64,000 nt of DNA from an uncultured virus (IMG/VR IMGVR_UViG_2814123274_000001) (IMGVR_UViG_2814123274_000001); one strand, 5' to 3'; shown: positions 19,401-28,105, numbered from the stretch's first letter. Translations and numbers: made by a program. Notes: a model not told the origin generated them from the letters alone.

Positions 19401-22400
19401 GCGATGGCCTCCCAGCTCATGCTTCCCAGGGTAAAGAGCACCGGGGTCAAAACCGCCAAAGCGCTTGCGGCTACCAGCATAGCGGCGGAACCGGCCAGTG
19501 TCCCGTTCATAAAGTTCAAACCGACTGCCAGCTCGGCCAGGGCGCCGCCCATGGCAACCAGGCTTTTCGCAACGGCCTCCCAGCTCATGCCCCCCATTTT
19601 TCCGAGGGCCTCCGCCAAGACATTCAGCGCCGCTCCAACTGTGACAAGCCCCGCGCCCGTGGCAATCAAGTTCTTCGGCATGGCTTTCATGGCGACCGCC
19701 ACTTCCGCCAAGGCCCCGCCCATGGCCAGCAAGCCCTTCCCGATCTCCGCCAAAGACATGCCGCCGAAGTCCGCCATTGCGGAAGCAAATATCTTCATGG
19801 CCGCGCCGATCTCAATCATGGCAAGGCCGGTGGAGATAAGCCCCTGTGCATTTCCAGTCAGTTTTGTGAATGCGGTAATCTCCAAAAGGACAGCTCCAAC
19901 AGAGCTTAGCCCCTTCACCAGCTCGCCCGCGTTCATCTGCCCGAAATCCTTGCAGGCGGAGGCAAAGACCTTCATGGCGCTGGCCAGAACCAGAATCCCA
20001 GCCGCAGTAGCCATGAAACCCTTGTTGACCTTAACCGTGTTCGTGAACAGAGAAACCTCCGCCATCAGAACGCCGACTCCGGCCAAGCCCTTTACCAACC
20101 CGGCAAAGTCCAGCTGAGCCAGGTCGATGCAGGCGGAGGCAAGCATTTTGATTGCGCCGGCGAACACCACCATCTGGGCGGACCCCTTGATGACGGAGCT
20201 GGAACCGCTCCCCAAAACTTTGGCCGCGGCCACCAGCGCGGTCATCAGCCCGGCGATCCCGGCAAGGGCCACGACCATCTGCTCCGGCTCGATATCGGAA
20301 ATTTTCTTCAGGGCGGAGGCCAGCAGAAGAACTGAGGTGGAAACGCCAATCATGGCCGCAGTACCTTTAACGACACCCTTGACTTCTCCACTGATACGAC
20401 TAAAGATGGCCATGGAAGCCATCAATTCCGCAAACAGTACGGTAATGGCACCCAGAGAAGCGGTCAGCTTGCCGCTGTCAATCAGGGAAATGGTTACGAT
20501 CGCGGCCGCCAGCACGGCAATAGCGGAGGCAATTTTCAGAAGGGTTCCGGCCTTCAACTGGGTCTGATAGGCTTCAAAGCAGCCCCGCACCCCGTCCAAA
20601 ATGCCCTTTACATTGTCAAGGAGGCTGCCGACATCGTCGAAAGACTTCGTCAGGCTGTTCATGAACTTGGTGATGCCTACCGCGATTCCGCCCAGAGAAA
20701 TGCCGTTGAGTAAATCAATCACTCCGCTGAAATCAGCGTTGCCAATGGCGTCTATCAGCGTGGCGGACAAGCCGCCGAGTACGCCGATGATTCCGCTGGC
20801 AATGGCTTTCACGCCGTTGAACAGGCTCTGAAGCATTTGCAGGAATTTGCTGTTTCCAACGGCGGAATCCATGGTGTTTACCGCATCGTCCACCCCAAAT
20901 CCCAGGCCGCCGACCGCGTCGATCACCTGGCCGATTCGGGTCTGGATGCGGCCGAGAAGCGCCTGGAACGCCTCAAAGCCGGGGATGGCAAAGACGTCGT
21001 CGAGAAACCCGATAAAGGTTTGGATTCCTGATACAACGAAATCCAGAGCATCCGCGATGCCCTGGGCCACTTTACTGAAGACTTCACCTTTCTTTGCCGC
21101 GTCGTTGATGCCGGTCAGAAAATCGCCAATCGTAGCGGTTACAGTAAGGAATCTATCTACGAAAAAGCCCATTCCACTTCGTAAAGGGGCAAATGCGTCA
21201 AAAACCGCAGCTACCCCTTGGCGAACCAGATCAAGAATGGAAAAGAGCCCCTTGAAAGTCCGCTGCAATTTATCCGCTGTTTCATCCGAAATCGTCAACC
21301 GCTCGGAAAAGCTCCGCAGCGTCTCCGTCAGCGCGTAGAGCTGGTCGGAGGTGGCGGGCGGAAAAATATCGCGAAACGCGTCCTTGATCGGGGCGATAAC
21401 GCTCACCAATCCCTTGGCCGCGTTCCAGACCGACTGGATCAGGTTCTCCCGGCCGGAGGGGCGCAGAATCTTCTCCGTAAACTCATCCATGGAGACGGAG
21501 CCATCCCGAAGACTGTCGGCCAGCGTTTCGATCTGCTCCACCATCTCCGAGGTGTATCCGGCGGCCTTGCGCTCCTCCTGGGACATGCCGGACATCTTTC
21601 CCTGGAGATGATAGACAGCCTCGGACAAGGTTTCAGAGGAGATTACTCCATCCTTCAACCCCTGCTTCAGCGCGTCAGTAAAGCTGTCCGAATCCGCTAC
21701 CATCTGGTCAAAGGCGTCGCCGCTCTCTCTGGCGACTGCTTGGATCGACTCTATAAAACCCGCTTCATCGGCAATTCCCTGATCCAGCAGCTGCTTCCAG
21801 CCAGAACTCAAGCCTCCGCTGAGCAGTTCGTTTCTCGCCTGGGCGGACTCGCTGATCACGCCGCCGATGGTGTTTGAAATCTCAGTCAGCAGCTCTTTGG
21901 CTTCTTCAAAGTCGCCGACCAGGATCTCCCACGTCGAGGTCCATCCGGATTGAGCGCTCTCCTTCAGGGTATCCCACAGCTGGGTAAAGGTTTTTACCTT
22001 TGTGGCGGTGTCCTCTGCCGTCTGCGCCATTTGGGCGATTTCCTTTGCCTGGGCCTCCGTAAAGCCCTGCTGCACCAGATCCGCCTCGGTATATGCGCCG
22101 GCAAACTGCTTCAGGGTCTCCGTGAGGACTTCCGTGGTGAGCCACTCACCCCTGGTAAGGGATTCCCGGAAGGAACCATACATGTTTATGGCATTCTGGG
22201 CTCCGGTGCCCAGTAGTTCGGATGTGCGGACCAGGGCGTCCTGGAACACCTTGCCGCCCATGCCCGCATTGACCACCGAGTTCCAGTCCATCAGAGACAC
22301 TCTGCCTGCGGCCAGCGCCTGGGAGAGCTGATACATGGCCGTGGACGCCTGCTGGGAGGTGGAGCCGGAAATGGCGGCCAGGTTCGCGATACCCTTGATG

Positions 22401-22933
22401 GAATCGACCGATGTCTGAAGATTTACACCAGCCGCGGTAAACGTGCCGATGTTCCGGGTCATTTCTGTAAAGCTGTAGATCGTCTTGTCCGCGTAGGTGT
22501 TCAGCTCATCCAGCGCCCGGTTCACCTGCTGAAGATTGGTCCCTTCGTGCTGGGTGTTCGCCAAGATGGTCTGCACCGCTCCGATCTGGGTCTCATACTC
22601 CTGAAAACCGGTTTTGATGGGGTCGATCGTCAGGGCGGACACAAGCCGTTTTCCCGTGTTCAGGGCCGAATTTGTAATGTTGGAAAGGGTCGTCATGGCA
22701 ACGACTTCAAGCGCCGAGAATTTCGCCCGAACCGTCTCGACGGATCTGCTAAGGGCGGACATATTGCACTTCTTAGCAGCGTCGCCCAGGTTTTCAAGCC
22801 CCTTGGCAGCACCGTCCAGATCCAAACCCTGCCTGAGTTTGTCGAGTGTCGACAGACTGGTCTGCACATTCCGCTCAAACTGTCTGTTGTCAAATCGCAT
22901 CTCGACGATTCTCTCGTCGATGGTCCTGCTCAT
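13406..22933 (-). CDS. Tape measure protein (~3175 aa)
   Basis: Very long Ala/Gly-rich helical ORF with a tape-measure N-terminal domain (ELNTYADKTIYSFTEMT), internal repeats and two (H/N)SPSR.F motifs; likely start ATG 22933. Confidence 0.95.
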   Translation of the reverse strand: MSRTIDERIVEMRFDNRQFERNVQTSLSTLDKLRQGLDLDGAAKGLENLGDAAKKCNMSALSRSVETVRAKFSALEVVAMTTLSNITNSALNTGKRLVSALTIDPIKTGFQEYETQIGAVQTILANTQHEGTNLQQVNRALDELNTYADKTIYSFTEMTRNIGTFTAAGVNLQTSVDSIKGIANLAAISGSTSQQASTAMYQLSQALAAGRVSLMDWNSVVNAGMGGKVFQDALVRTSELLGTGAQNAINMYGSFRESLTRGEWLTTEVLTETLKQFAGAYTEADLVQQGFTEAQAKEIAQMAQTAEDTATKVKTFTQLWDTLKESAQSGWTSTWEILVGDFEEAKELLTEISNTIGGVISESAQARNELLSGGLSSGWKQLLDQGIADEAGFIESIQAVARESGDAFDQMVADSDSFTDALKQGLKDGVISSETLSEAVYHLQGKMSGMSQEERKAAGYTSEMVEQIETLADSLRDGSVSMDEFTEKILRPSGRENLIQSVWNAAKGLVSVIAPIKDAFRDIFPPATSDQLYALTETLRSFSERLTISDETADKLQRTFKGLFSILDLVRQGVAAVFDAFAPLRSGMGFFVDRFLTVTATIGDFLTGINDAAKKGEVFSKVAQGIADALDFVVSGIQTFIGFLDDVFAIPGFEAFQALLGRIQTRIGQVIDAVGGLGFGVDDAVNTMDSAVGNSKFLQMLQSLFNGVKAIASGIIGVLGGLSATLIDAIGNADFSGVIDLLNGISLGGIAVGITKFMNSLTKSFDDVGSLLDNVKGILDGVRGCFEAYQTQLKAGTLLKIASAIAVLAAAIVTISLIDSGKLTASLGAITVLFAELMASMAIFSRISGEVKGVVKGTAAMIGVSTSVLLLASALKKISDIEPEQMVVALAGIAGLMTALVAAAKVLGSGSSSVIKGSAQMVVFAGAIKMLASACIDLAQLDFAGLVKGLAGVGVLMAEVSLFTNTVKVNKGFMATAAGILVLASAMKVFASACKDFGQMNAGELVKGLSSVGAVLLEITAFTKLTGNAQGLISTGLAMIEIGAAMKIFASAMADFGGMSLAEIGKGLLAMGGALAEVAVAMKAMPKNLIATGAGLVTVGAALNVLAEALGKMGGMSWEAVAKSLVAMGGALAELAVGLNFMNGTLAGSAAMLVAASALAVLTPVLFTLGSMSWEAIAKGLISVAGAFTVIGTAGALLTPLLPTILGLGGAFALIGIGIAGLGAGLLLVGTGLTAIAVGITGLATSLGAGVTIIVAGLTSIITGIAALIPAIAQQLGEAVVAFAGVIANGAPAIGNAVKALVLTLVDVLVECVPAIANGALELIAGVLAALAAYTPQIVDSIMQFLIEVIDGLARNLPTLIQSVVNLLMSFFSGIVSALGSIDTDALLKGVAGIGLLSGIMVALGALAGLIPSAMVGVLGLGVVMAELAVVLAAIGGLAQIPGLDWLIGEGGKLLQTIGNAIGGFIGGIVGGFMSGISGSFPQIGADLAAFMTNVQPFIDGARGIDAAMLDGVKALTEAILLITAADLLEGLTSWLTGGSSLSAFAGELVPFGEAMMKFSNSIAGLDGNLVSTAAIAGKTLAEMAATLPNRGGIAGFFTGENDMGEFGNQLVGFGGSMMRFAASIKGLDADAVNNAAIAGKAMAEMAATLPNTGGAVAFFAGDNDMSAFGDQLVPFGEAIKAYSDAVTGLDVDAVKNSAIAGQAMAELAATLPNTGGAVAFFAGDNDMATFGAQLASFGVSMKNYSKSVSGLDGDAVENSAIAGKTLVELANTIPNTGGLVAFFTGDNDLETFGDQLVPFGEAMKAYSDSVTGIDGDAVTASATAAKALAELQASLPNIGGVVDFFTGGNDLETFANGLLPFGEGMKAYADSVTGLDAGAVSASITVAQALSALQASLPHVGGVLEFFTGGNDLGAFADGVLSFGLAMKAYGGAVSGIDAGAVSASAVAAQALAELQASLPNVGGIMEFFTGGNDLETFSEGVIPFGEAMKSYGEAVAGINADAVEASGIAAQSLAKLQAALPQVGGVMEFFTGGNGLGTFSEGIVPFGAAMKSYGDAVAGINAEAITASAVAAQSLAQLQTDLPNVGGVMTFFDGSNDLGTFAAGIVPFGAAMKSYGDAVADINTGAITASAVAAQSLARLQESLPLAGGVMEFFNGSHDLAAFAAGIIPFGAAMKSYSDAVADINPTAVETSASAGQALVELANTLPNTGGLLSFFTGGTDLTAFGDDLTSFGADLAAYAAAIKDVKPEAVTASANAASALSNLATDLPDSSLFDQWFGGDQTLASFGADISKFGASMKDYYNEISGIDLGKLSDVITQVWDLIELAEGVNGVNTSGLTKFADSMKKMGDAGISGFTDAFYNCGGTVNSAVVSMLTSVRGSITSNILVASSAMEMLVESMAGIVDKKVVVIENAVDGMMRNLTVSILSSSGAVKTAAGTVASAAVSQINSMKPEFETAGENAGQGFVKGVHSKFSASSSAGRSLGLAALNAAKKALDSHSPSREFIYLGENIGEGLAIGVDNSIVPAAQATSDMIGEVIAVSNKGIDAWKDWVDEKTYYDELSLKDQLAGWENLQKRYKAGSEERKQIDREVYQLQNELVASTYQASLDWIEEEKYYNRLSTEEELAAYERMQSRYMEGSEERKKIDREVYTLRNQLVDESYQNSMDWIEKEKNYGRMSLADELAAYKRVRSRYAAGSKEREEMDLKVYQLEQEIYEAQKQYIADVQSVQESANQKRIQLEQEYADKVRSVNEQLERDIQSLNDQYQNAVESRTNSLYQSYGLFDEVTKKEAVSSDTLMKNLEGQVQEFGEWQDILGQLSARGVDADLISELQEMGPSAIEEIRALNSMSDDELEKYVSLWSVKHAQAREQATSELEGLRVETQEQIAQLRADAEAELEEYRITWQEELSQLEEDTANQLASLRQEFAENVGLIKKDTEAEMREMTEAATKILKEAGWTETGQQIPAGLAEGVSLSKSAFLDELTSMALAGVEAVKSTLKINSPSRVFRELGNFTGLGFVTGLADYAKKSYAAGANVAEYAADGLSNAMSITAELLSGDMDAQPTIRPVLDLSDVMRGADELNSLFYPQRTIGLAGQASLAFSESGRSGGTVVNVDNGDIVEELRALRSEMAEMTERMERMRVVLDTGTLVGEMAGPMDNALGQRVTRRGRGN
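16000..18340 (-). repeat. About 12 tandem 186-bp (62-aa) repeats within the tape measure gene
   Basis: Recurring LPNxGGxxxFFxGxNDLxxFxxxxxPFGxxMKxYxDxV; successive units 186 bp apart; boundaries approximate. Confidence 0.85.
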
Positions 22934-23307
22934 GACCGTGTGACCTCCTTCCATGCGTAATCCGCGATCTGGTCAAAAATAGGCTGGATAGCAGGGTTGA
23001 TGTAATCTCTTCCCTGTACCCAGCCTCTGTTTCCAGTGCCATGCCCGTATTGCAGGATAATGGCGATGGGAACTCCATTTTGAACATTTGAATTGTGAAA
23101 CGAGATAGTGACGGTGTTGTTCTTGTTGGTAATTTTGTAATACCAGGACGCGGCCGTCTCTCCGGAGTCGACAGGCGTTGCAGACGAAAGGGCGGCCACG
23201 CCTTCCCGGCCAAACTTGTCCAGATCGCCGAGATGAACCGTCTCCTTTGCTCTTTCCAGAAATCGGGTCAGCTTGGAAAAGTCACCCTTGTGTCTGAAAC
23301 GAATCAC
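22930..23307 (-). CDS. HK97 gp10-like neck/tail completion protein
   Basis: ATPVDSGETAASW and LQYGHGT...GWVQGRDYINPA motifs. Confidence 0.75.
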   Translation of the reverse strand: MIRFRHKGDFSKLTRFLERAKETVHLGDLDKFGREGVAALSSATPVDSGETAASWYYKITNKNNTVTISFHNSNVQNGVPIAIILQYGHGTGNRGWVQGRDYINPAIQPIFDQIADYAWKEVTRS

Positions 23308-23322
23308 TGCCGTCTCCTCCTA

Positions 23323-23631
23323 TCATTCCGTTTTCTTCGGCCAGTTCTTGAATGCCTCAATCAATTTGTCATAGCCCACCATGGCCGCGTAGGCGGACAG
23401 AAGCCCGACCACGACAGCCGCAAATACCAGATACCAGGTAATTGCAATCCCTTTGATTTGTGCATAGGCGGCGCCGGCAGCCAGTGTCAGCGCCTCCGAC
23501 ACCATAAGCGCAAGGAAATTTGTGGGGATCTTATCCCAGGTCACAGTCTTAACCACCTGGACAATGATGTTGGTCAGGATCGTAACCCCGCCAATAATCA
23601 TCAGCAGCGTCGAAATGATTTCCGCGTTCAT
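23323..23631 (-). CDS. Holin-like membrane protein
   Basis: Three hydrophobic helices, basic C-terminus, near the endolysin. Confidence 0.7.
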   Translation of the reverse strand: MNAEIISTLLMIIGGVTILTNIIVQVVKTVTWDKIPTNFLALMVSEALTLAAGAAYAQIKGIAITWYLVFAAVVVGLLSAYAAMVGYDKLIEAFKNWPKKTE

Positions 23632-23642
23632 ACGCTTCCTCC

Positions 23643-23996
23643 TTAAATTGCCGGGCTCTCCACAGAGCCAACCGGTGTCTGCGAAACATTTACATTGAAA
23701 TTGGAAGCCTTCGCCGTTTCAAAAGTGATTCCGCCCTCACGGTGGTCGGACTTGCACAGGTTCAGATAGAAACTGCACACCACGCCATGGGCCGTCCAGG
23801 GAAGACCGACCATAGCGCCGATCCAGGGCAACGCTCCCATATACCCCTTATAGACACAGTAGAAGGCCAATAAAAAACCGCCGATGGTCACGATCCACAA
23901 CAGCGGACGGATATCGGCGATCATCCATTTTGAAAATTGCGAAAGGTCAGGTTTTCTTCCAGATTTGCCTCTGGTCCGGCTTCTCCTGCTTTTCAT
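23643..23996 (-). CDS. Two-TM membrane protein (lysis cassette)
   Basis: Basic N-terminus and two hydrophobic segments; ATG 23996 overlaps the endolysin stop. Confidence 0.6.
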   Translation of the reverse strand: MKSRRSRTRGKSGRKPDLSQFSKWMIADIRPLLWIVTIGGFLLAFYCVYKGYMGALPWIGAMVGLPWTAHGVVCSFYLNLCKSDHREGGITFETAKASNFNVNVSQTPVGSVESPAI

Positions 23997-25351
23997 CACG
24001 CAAGCCCCACCATCTGCGCAAAGCGGTAGAAGAGCTGAGCCGCCTGCTCTCTTGTCAGACCGGACGGCCACATCATGTTCGGCTTGCCGTCAACCGCGGT
24101 GCCGTTCCCGGCAAAGAGTCCCACACTTTCAGCCCAAACCCGGGCCTCTTCGGACCAATCGCCGCAGTTGTTGTTCTGAAGACCCTTAAGGTAATTCGTC
24201 ATGGCTGCGCCGAACATCTCATTGAATTTCGCCTGATCCATATCGTTGTCCTCCTCCGATACGATAGAATAGTCGGGGCGGCCGTAACCGCCGATCTTGT
24301 TGTATGCCATGGGATAGCTCTTATCCCGGACACAGCCGCCATTTTCCACGACGCCGGCCGCGGAGCTGGTGTTCCCCTCAATGGTGTAGACCCGCCCGCC
24401 GGACACCTTCTCCACGATACCAGTGTGGTAGAACGACTTGCCGCCGTCCTTCGTAAAGAAGATCTGGTCACCAGGCTGCGGACCTCCGGTATAAAACCGT
24501 CCCTTCTGCTTATAGTAGTTGGCGGAACCGGTGCATCCTGCCCCCACGCCGTTCTTTGCCTGGCAGAGCAGCTTCAACGCCAGCTCCAGACCGAACGTGT
24601 GGATGTGGCACCAGTCCACAAAGATGTCGCACCAGGAATAGCCGTTCTTCCTTCCGTTATAGACGACCCCCAGCGCGTCCAGGTCCCTGGCGTACTTGTT
24701 CCAGTTTTTATCTCCGGCATTGGCCGTCTTATGATCGAGCTGGGCATTGGTTTCTTTCTCGATATAGCCGATCTCGGCTCTGGCCGTGGCCAGCACGCGC
24801 TCCACAGCCGGCAGCATCGTTGTAGAAGACATCGTTTCGCCTCTTCCTGCAAATTGGTCGTAATACTTCTGCCCGTAAGCGGCCCGTCTGGCCTTGGCCA
24901 TCTCGCTCTGGTCTGCGGGGCGCTCAAACTGTACCAGCACGGCGTCGGAGGCCGCCCGGACAGATGCGGCGGTCTTCAAGATGTTGACCAGAGAGGGATA
25001 GCTCTCGGTCAGTTCCTTCCAGAGAAAGTCCAGCTGCATCTCCAAATCCCCGATGCTCTTGCCGCGGCTCAGGGCAAAGACGAGCAGCTTTTGCTTCCGG
25101 CTCCAGAATGTCCACTGGGCAAGGCCATATCCGGCGCTGTCGTGGACAAAATCCTGATAGATTCCGGCGTCCACCTGGGCGGTATAGTCCGCGTCGGACA
25201 AGCCCAGCTTCTTTTCACAAGTGTTCTGGAGATTGTCCGGCTTCAGACCGCTCTCGGCATAGAGATTCCCCATCAGTCCGGCCGCTCCGCAATCCGAGAG
25301 GCCTTTCTTCTTGAAGAAACTCCAAATCACTGCTTCGGACATGTGCATCAT
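23996..25351 (-). CDS. Endolysin: phage-tail-lysozyme-like domain + CHAP + C-terminal wall-binding domain
   Basis: AGLMGNLYAESG/GYGLAQWT (lysozyme-like); WCDIFV...HTGIV...TIEGNT (CHAP); C-terminal SLH-like TREQAAQLFYR. Confidence 0.85.
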   Translation of the reverse strand: MMHMSEAVIWSFFKKKGLSDCGAAGLMGNLYAESGLKPDNLQNTCEKKLGLSDADYTAQVDAGIYQDFVHDSAGYGLAQWTFWSRKQKLLVFALSRGKSIGDLEMQLDFLWKELTESYPSLVNILKTAASVRAASDAVLVQFERPADQSEMAKARRAAYGQKYYDQFAGRGETMSSTTMLPAVERVLATARAEIGYIEKETNAQLDHKTANAGDKNWNKYARDLDALGVVYNGRKNGYSWCDIFVDWCHIHTFGLELALKLLCQAKNGVGAGCTGSANYYKQKGRFYTGGPQPGDQIFFTKDGGKSFYHTGIVEKVSGGRVYTIEGNTSSAAGVVENGGCVRDKSYPMAYNKIGGYGRPDYSIVSEEDNDMDQAKFNEMFGAAMTNYLKGLQNNNCGDWSEEARVWAESVGLFAGNGTAVDGKPNMMWPSGLTREQAAQLFYRFAQMVGLA

Positions 25352-25890
25352 CCTCTCGAATTGGCTCTCTTTCTGCGTGCCGCGTTCAGCGCACGGTTCT
25401 GTGCAAAGATTTCCTTCTGGCTCATTTTCTTTTGAGGGCCGTTCTTTGCGTTGCAGACGTTAATCAGCGTCATAAGCCGGTTCAAATGCCACTTCTGGCA
25501 CTCAAAGGGAATCTGGTGGGAGAGCATCCAGTAGTAGATGATCTCCGCCGTGACAACCTCATTGGCCGACCGGCCCTTCCGGCCTTTGGCAAAGGTGGTC
25601 GCCGTCATGGAATCGTCGATGTAGGCGTCGACTGTTTTCAGCATCTGGGGCGTAATAGCGGTGTAGACATCGGGGTCCACGTTCTGGGTCAATGTCATGC
25701 ACCGGACATAGTCGATCCGCTCCTCCCGCGTCTTCGGCTTTCGGGAAAGGTAAGGCTTATGCCATTTCGATTCCCATTTTGAAAGGGAGACCAGAGAGTG
25801 TTCCAGCCGAAGCACCTGCTTCTTGGTCGTGATAAAACGGTCGTTCGCCTCGTCATACTGCTCGGTCTCCGGTATCACAAGTTCCAGCAT
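25348..25890 (-). CDS. Tail assembly chaperone-like protein (second)
   Basis: Position after the first chaperone; LEHSLVSLSKWESKW and WHLNRLMTLI motifs. Confidence 0.6.
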   Translation of the reverse strand: MLELVIPETEQYDEANDRFITTKKQVLRLEHSLVSLSKWESKWHKPYLSRKPKTREERIDYVRCMTLTQNVDPDVYTAITPQMLKTVDAYIDDSMTATTFAKGRKGRSANEVVTAEIIYYWMLSHQIPFECQKWHLNRLMTLINVCNAKNGPQKKMSQKEIFAQNRALNAARRKRANSRG

Positions 25891-25911
25891 CTCTGATCTC
25901 CCCAGCCGCCC

Positions 25912-26313
25912 TTATGCCTGAGGCGCGGGGGAACCGGAAGAAGCCGGAGCCTTCTTGCCCTGGGGGACGATGCCGTTGATGAACCGGGCCGCCGCTTCCG
26001 CATCGGTGGCCAGCTCCATGAACAAATCGCTGTACGCCTCCGTCTGGGCGAACGCGTCCCGCAGCTCCTGGTTCTTGATAAAGCGCTTCCCGTCAGGGGA
26101 CTTCTCGCCATAGGCCCGCAGAATGATGTCCTTGAAGATGGCGATGATCTGCTTCCCATCCTGGGCCGCGACAATGCGGTTGATCATCTCCACCAGACCG
26201 CCGTCCACGGAGAGCTCCAGCTCGGTCACCTCGGCCTGGGTCAGATTGAAGTAGAAATCCTCCGTGCGGGAAACGCCGTTATAGTCCTTGTAAGTCCTTG
26301 TCAGCTTCAGCAT
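25912..26313 (-). CDS. Tail assembly chaperone
   Basis: Follows the major tail gene; AAAGGAG RBS. Confidence 0.65.
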   Translation of the reverse strand: MLKLTRTYKDYNGVSRTEDFYFNLTQAEVTELELSVDGGLVEMINRIVAAQDGKQIIAIFKDIILRAYGEKSPDGKRFIKNQELRDAFAQTEAYSDLFMELATDAEAAARFINGIVPQGKKAPASSGSPAPQA

Positions 26314-26330
26314 TGCAGTTTTCTCCTTTC

Positions 26331-26372
26331 AAAAATAAAAGAAAGCGGAGCCCTCGGTGAAGAGAGCTCCGC
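26331..26372 (-). terminator. Rho-independent terminator after the major tail gene
   Basis: GCGGAGC/GCTCCGC stem plus TTTCTTTTATTTTT. Confidence 0.75.
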
Positions 26373-26409
26373 CTTGCGGATTCGTTGTCTGGATTTCAGT
26401 CCCCGTTTC

Positions 26410-27444
26410 TCAGGACTCCAGAGTCAGGCCGGTCAGAGTATAGATCTTGGTGACAGAGGAGCTGTCCTTGGTGGAGATCACCTTGACGCTCTGGGAATTG
26501 TTCTTGATGAGGAGAACAATGTTCTTGTCCTCATCCAGAGCCACAGGCCCCTTGGTGCCGCCCACCAGCTCCACGGTGGTGGCGGCGTCGGCCGGAGTGA
26601 CGTCGAATTTCAGCGCCAGATAGTGCCCCTTCTGCTCAGAGGGATCGCTGCTGAACCCGGTATAGCCGGTCACATTCTTCAGGCTGCCGGTGATGGCGCT
26701 CTCGCCCACTGCGACGTTGCTCTGAAGTTCGGAGACCTTCTTGCCCAGCAGGGTGGCGGAGGGGCTCTCCGGGGCGACGGTCACCGTGACATCGCTCGCC
26801 AACAGCTTGATGACTTCCTCGGGCAGAGGCAGCCGGGGCTCCGTTTCCTCGGTGCCGTAGAGGATGTCCTCCAGCGCCTTCAGCTTGGCGGGGTCGGCCT
26901 TGGTGGAGACGATGATCAGACGGGCGGTGGGCTTGAAGCCGGGTACGTCCACGGGAGTGGTCGTGACCTCCCAGCTGGGGTTGATGGGTTCGGGAGAGTC
27001 GTTGACAGACTGATAGCCCCGCTCAGAGGGAGAGGCCAGACCGCCGTAGACCAGGTGCAGCTTGTAGCCGTGGTCCTGACCGTCCACATCGTTGCCCAGC
27101 TTGGTGCGGTAGCTCAGGCCAAAGACCTTGCGGGTCTGCTGCCCGGCAACAACGCCCGGGGCAATCTCCTTGGAGCCGTCGCACTCCTCCCACTCGTCGG
27201 GGTACATGTAGGCTTCGATGGTCAGGCCGAAGTCCTCGGCGCCCACCAGCACCAGGTACTTGATGTTGTCGGCGTACATGTTGTTGGGCTCAGCGCCGGA
27301 GGGACTCTCGGTAATGCCGGTGATGCCGTTCCAGGCCACACCCCTGTCATAGACGCCGGCGGCGCTGAGGGGGTAGAGGACGGCGTGATCAACGCCGGTT
27401 TCGTAGAAACGTTCCCCGATCTTGTCCCATACAAGTTTACTCAT
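26410..27444 (-). CDS. Major tail protein with C-terminal extension
   Basis: WD..GERFYETGVD, AWNGIT.ITESPSGAE, YADNIKYL motifs; extra ~115-aa C-terminal domain. Confidence 0.9.
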   Translation of the reverse strand: MSKLVWDKIGERFYETGVDHAVLYPLSAAGVYDRGVAWNGITGITESPSGAEPNNMYADNIKYLVLVGAEDFGLTIEAYMYPDEWEECDGSKEIAPGVVAGQQTRKVFGLSYRTKLGNDVDGQDHGYKLHLVYGGLASPSERGYQSVNDSPEPINPSWEVTTTPVDVPGFKPTARLIIVSTKADPAKLKALEDILYGTEETEPRLPLPEEVIKLLASDVTVTVAPESPSATLLGKKVSELQSNVAVGESAITGSLKNVTGYTGFSSDPSEQKGHYLALKFDVTPADAATTVELVGGTKGPVALDEDKNIVLLIKNNSQSVKVISTKDSSSVTKIYTLTGLTLES

Positions 27445-27460
27445 TTCGGATTTCCTCCTT

Positions 27461-27784
27461 TTAATAGTACAGGTTGAAGATGTCGTGGTTCAGATTTTCG
27501 GCCGTGAAATGACGGTCATGGGCACACATGGGCAGCATGGCAAGGCGGTGGGGCAGATCGCTGTCCGGGTTCTTGTAGATGGCCGTCACCTGATACCGGT
27601 CCAGCAGCCGGTAGGGGGCGTTGTCAGCGTGGATGGCGCTGATTTCGCTTCGCTCGTAGACGATGCAGGGGTAGTGGATTTCCTTGCTGGCCGGAGGCTG
27701 AAAATAAGCCCGGCACGCATCGCCGCGTTCCGGACAGCCAAGAATCCCGCACAGAAGGGTATGAAGTTGAATCCTGTCACCCAT
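27461..27784 (-). CDS. Tail terminator/completion protein
   Basis: YFQPP....I.YPCIVY motif; position before the major tail gene. Confidence 0.7.
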   Translation of the reverse strand: MGDRIQLHTLLCGILGCPERGDACRAYFQPPASKEIHYPCIVYERSEISAIHADNAPYRLLDRYQVTAIYKNPDSDLPHRLAMLPMCAHDRHFTAENLNHDIFNLYY

Positions 27785-28091
27785 TGTAGAGCCCCCCAAT
27801 CGTCAGGATCAGGCGGGGATATCCCACTTCGACCTTGGAAATCTTCCATTTCGCGCCCATGTACGCCACATACCGCATCTTGTGGAAGTTCTTCCTGGCG
27901 AACGGATCGGCGACTATGCTGATCTCATTCGCGATATTGATGTCGTCGTTCAGGGTCTCCCCAGACTGAAGCTGGCGTGTATTCCGAGTCAAATCGCCAT
28001 AGTACGGATACTCAACGATCTTCTCTTCATACACGCCAGGGGCAGTCTCAACGGTATCAGCATAGCCTACCGATCCATAAAATTTCGCCAT
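27777..28091 (-). CDS. Head-tail adaptor/closure protein
   Basis: Position after capsid; ISIVADPFA...MRYV.YMGAKWKI. Confidence 0.65.
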   Translation of the reverse strand: MAKFYGSVGYADTVETAPGVYEEKIVEYPYYGDLTRNTRQLQSGETLNDDINIANEISIVADPFARKNFHKMRYVAYMGAKWKISKVEVGYPRLILTIGGLYNG

Positions 28092-28105
28092 TTTGAAGCT
28101 TCTCC

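Noticed and set aside
25875..25990. Programmed -1 frameshift between the tail chaperone genes
   Set aside because: The frames are compatible, but I found no XXXYYYZ slippery heptamer and the second gene has its own ATG.
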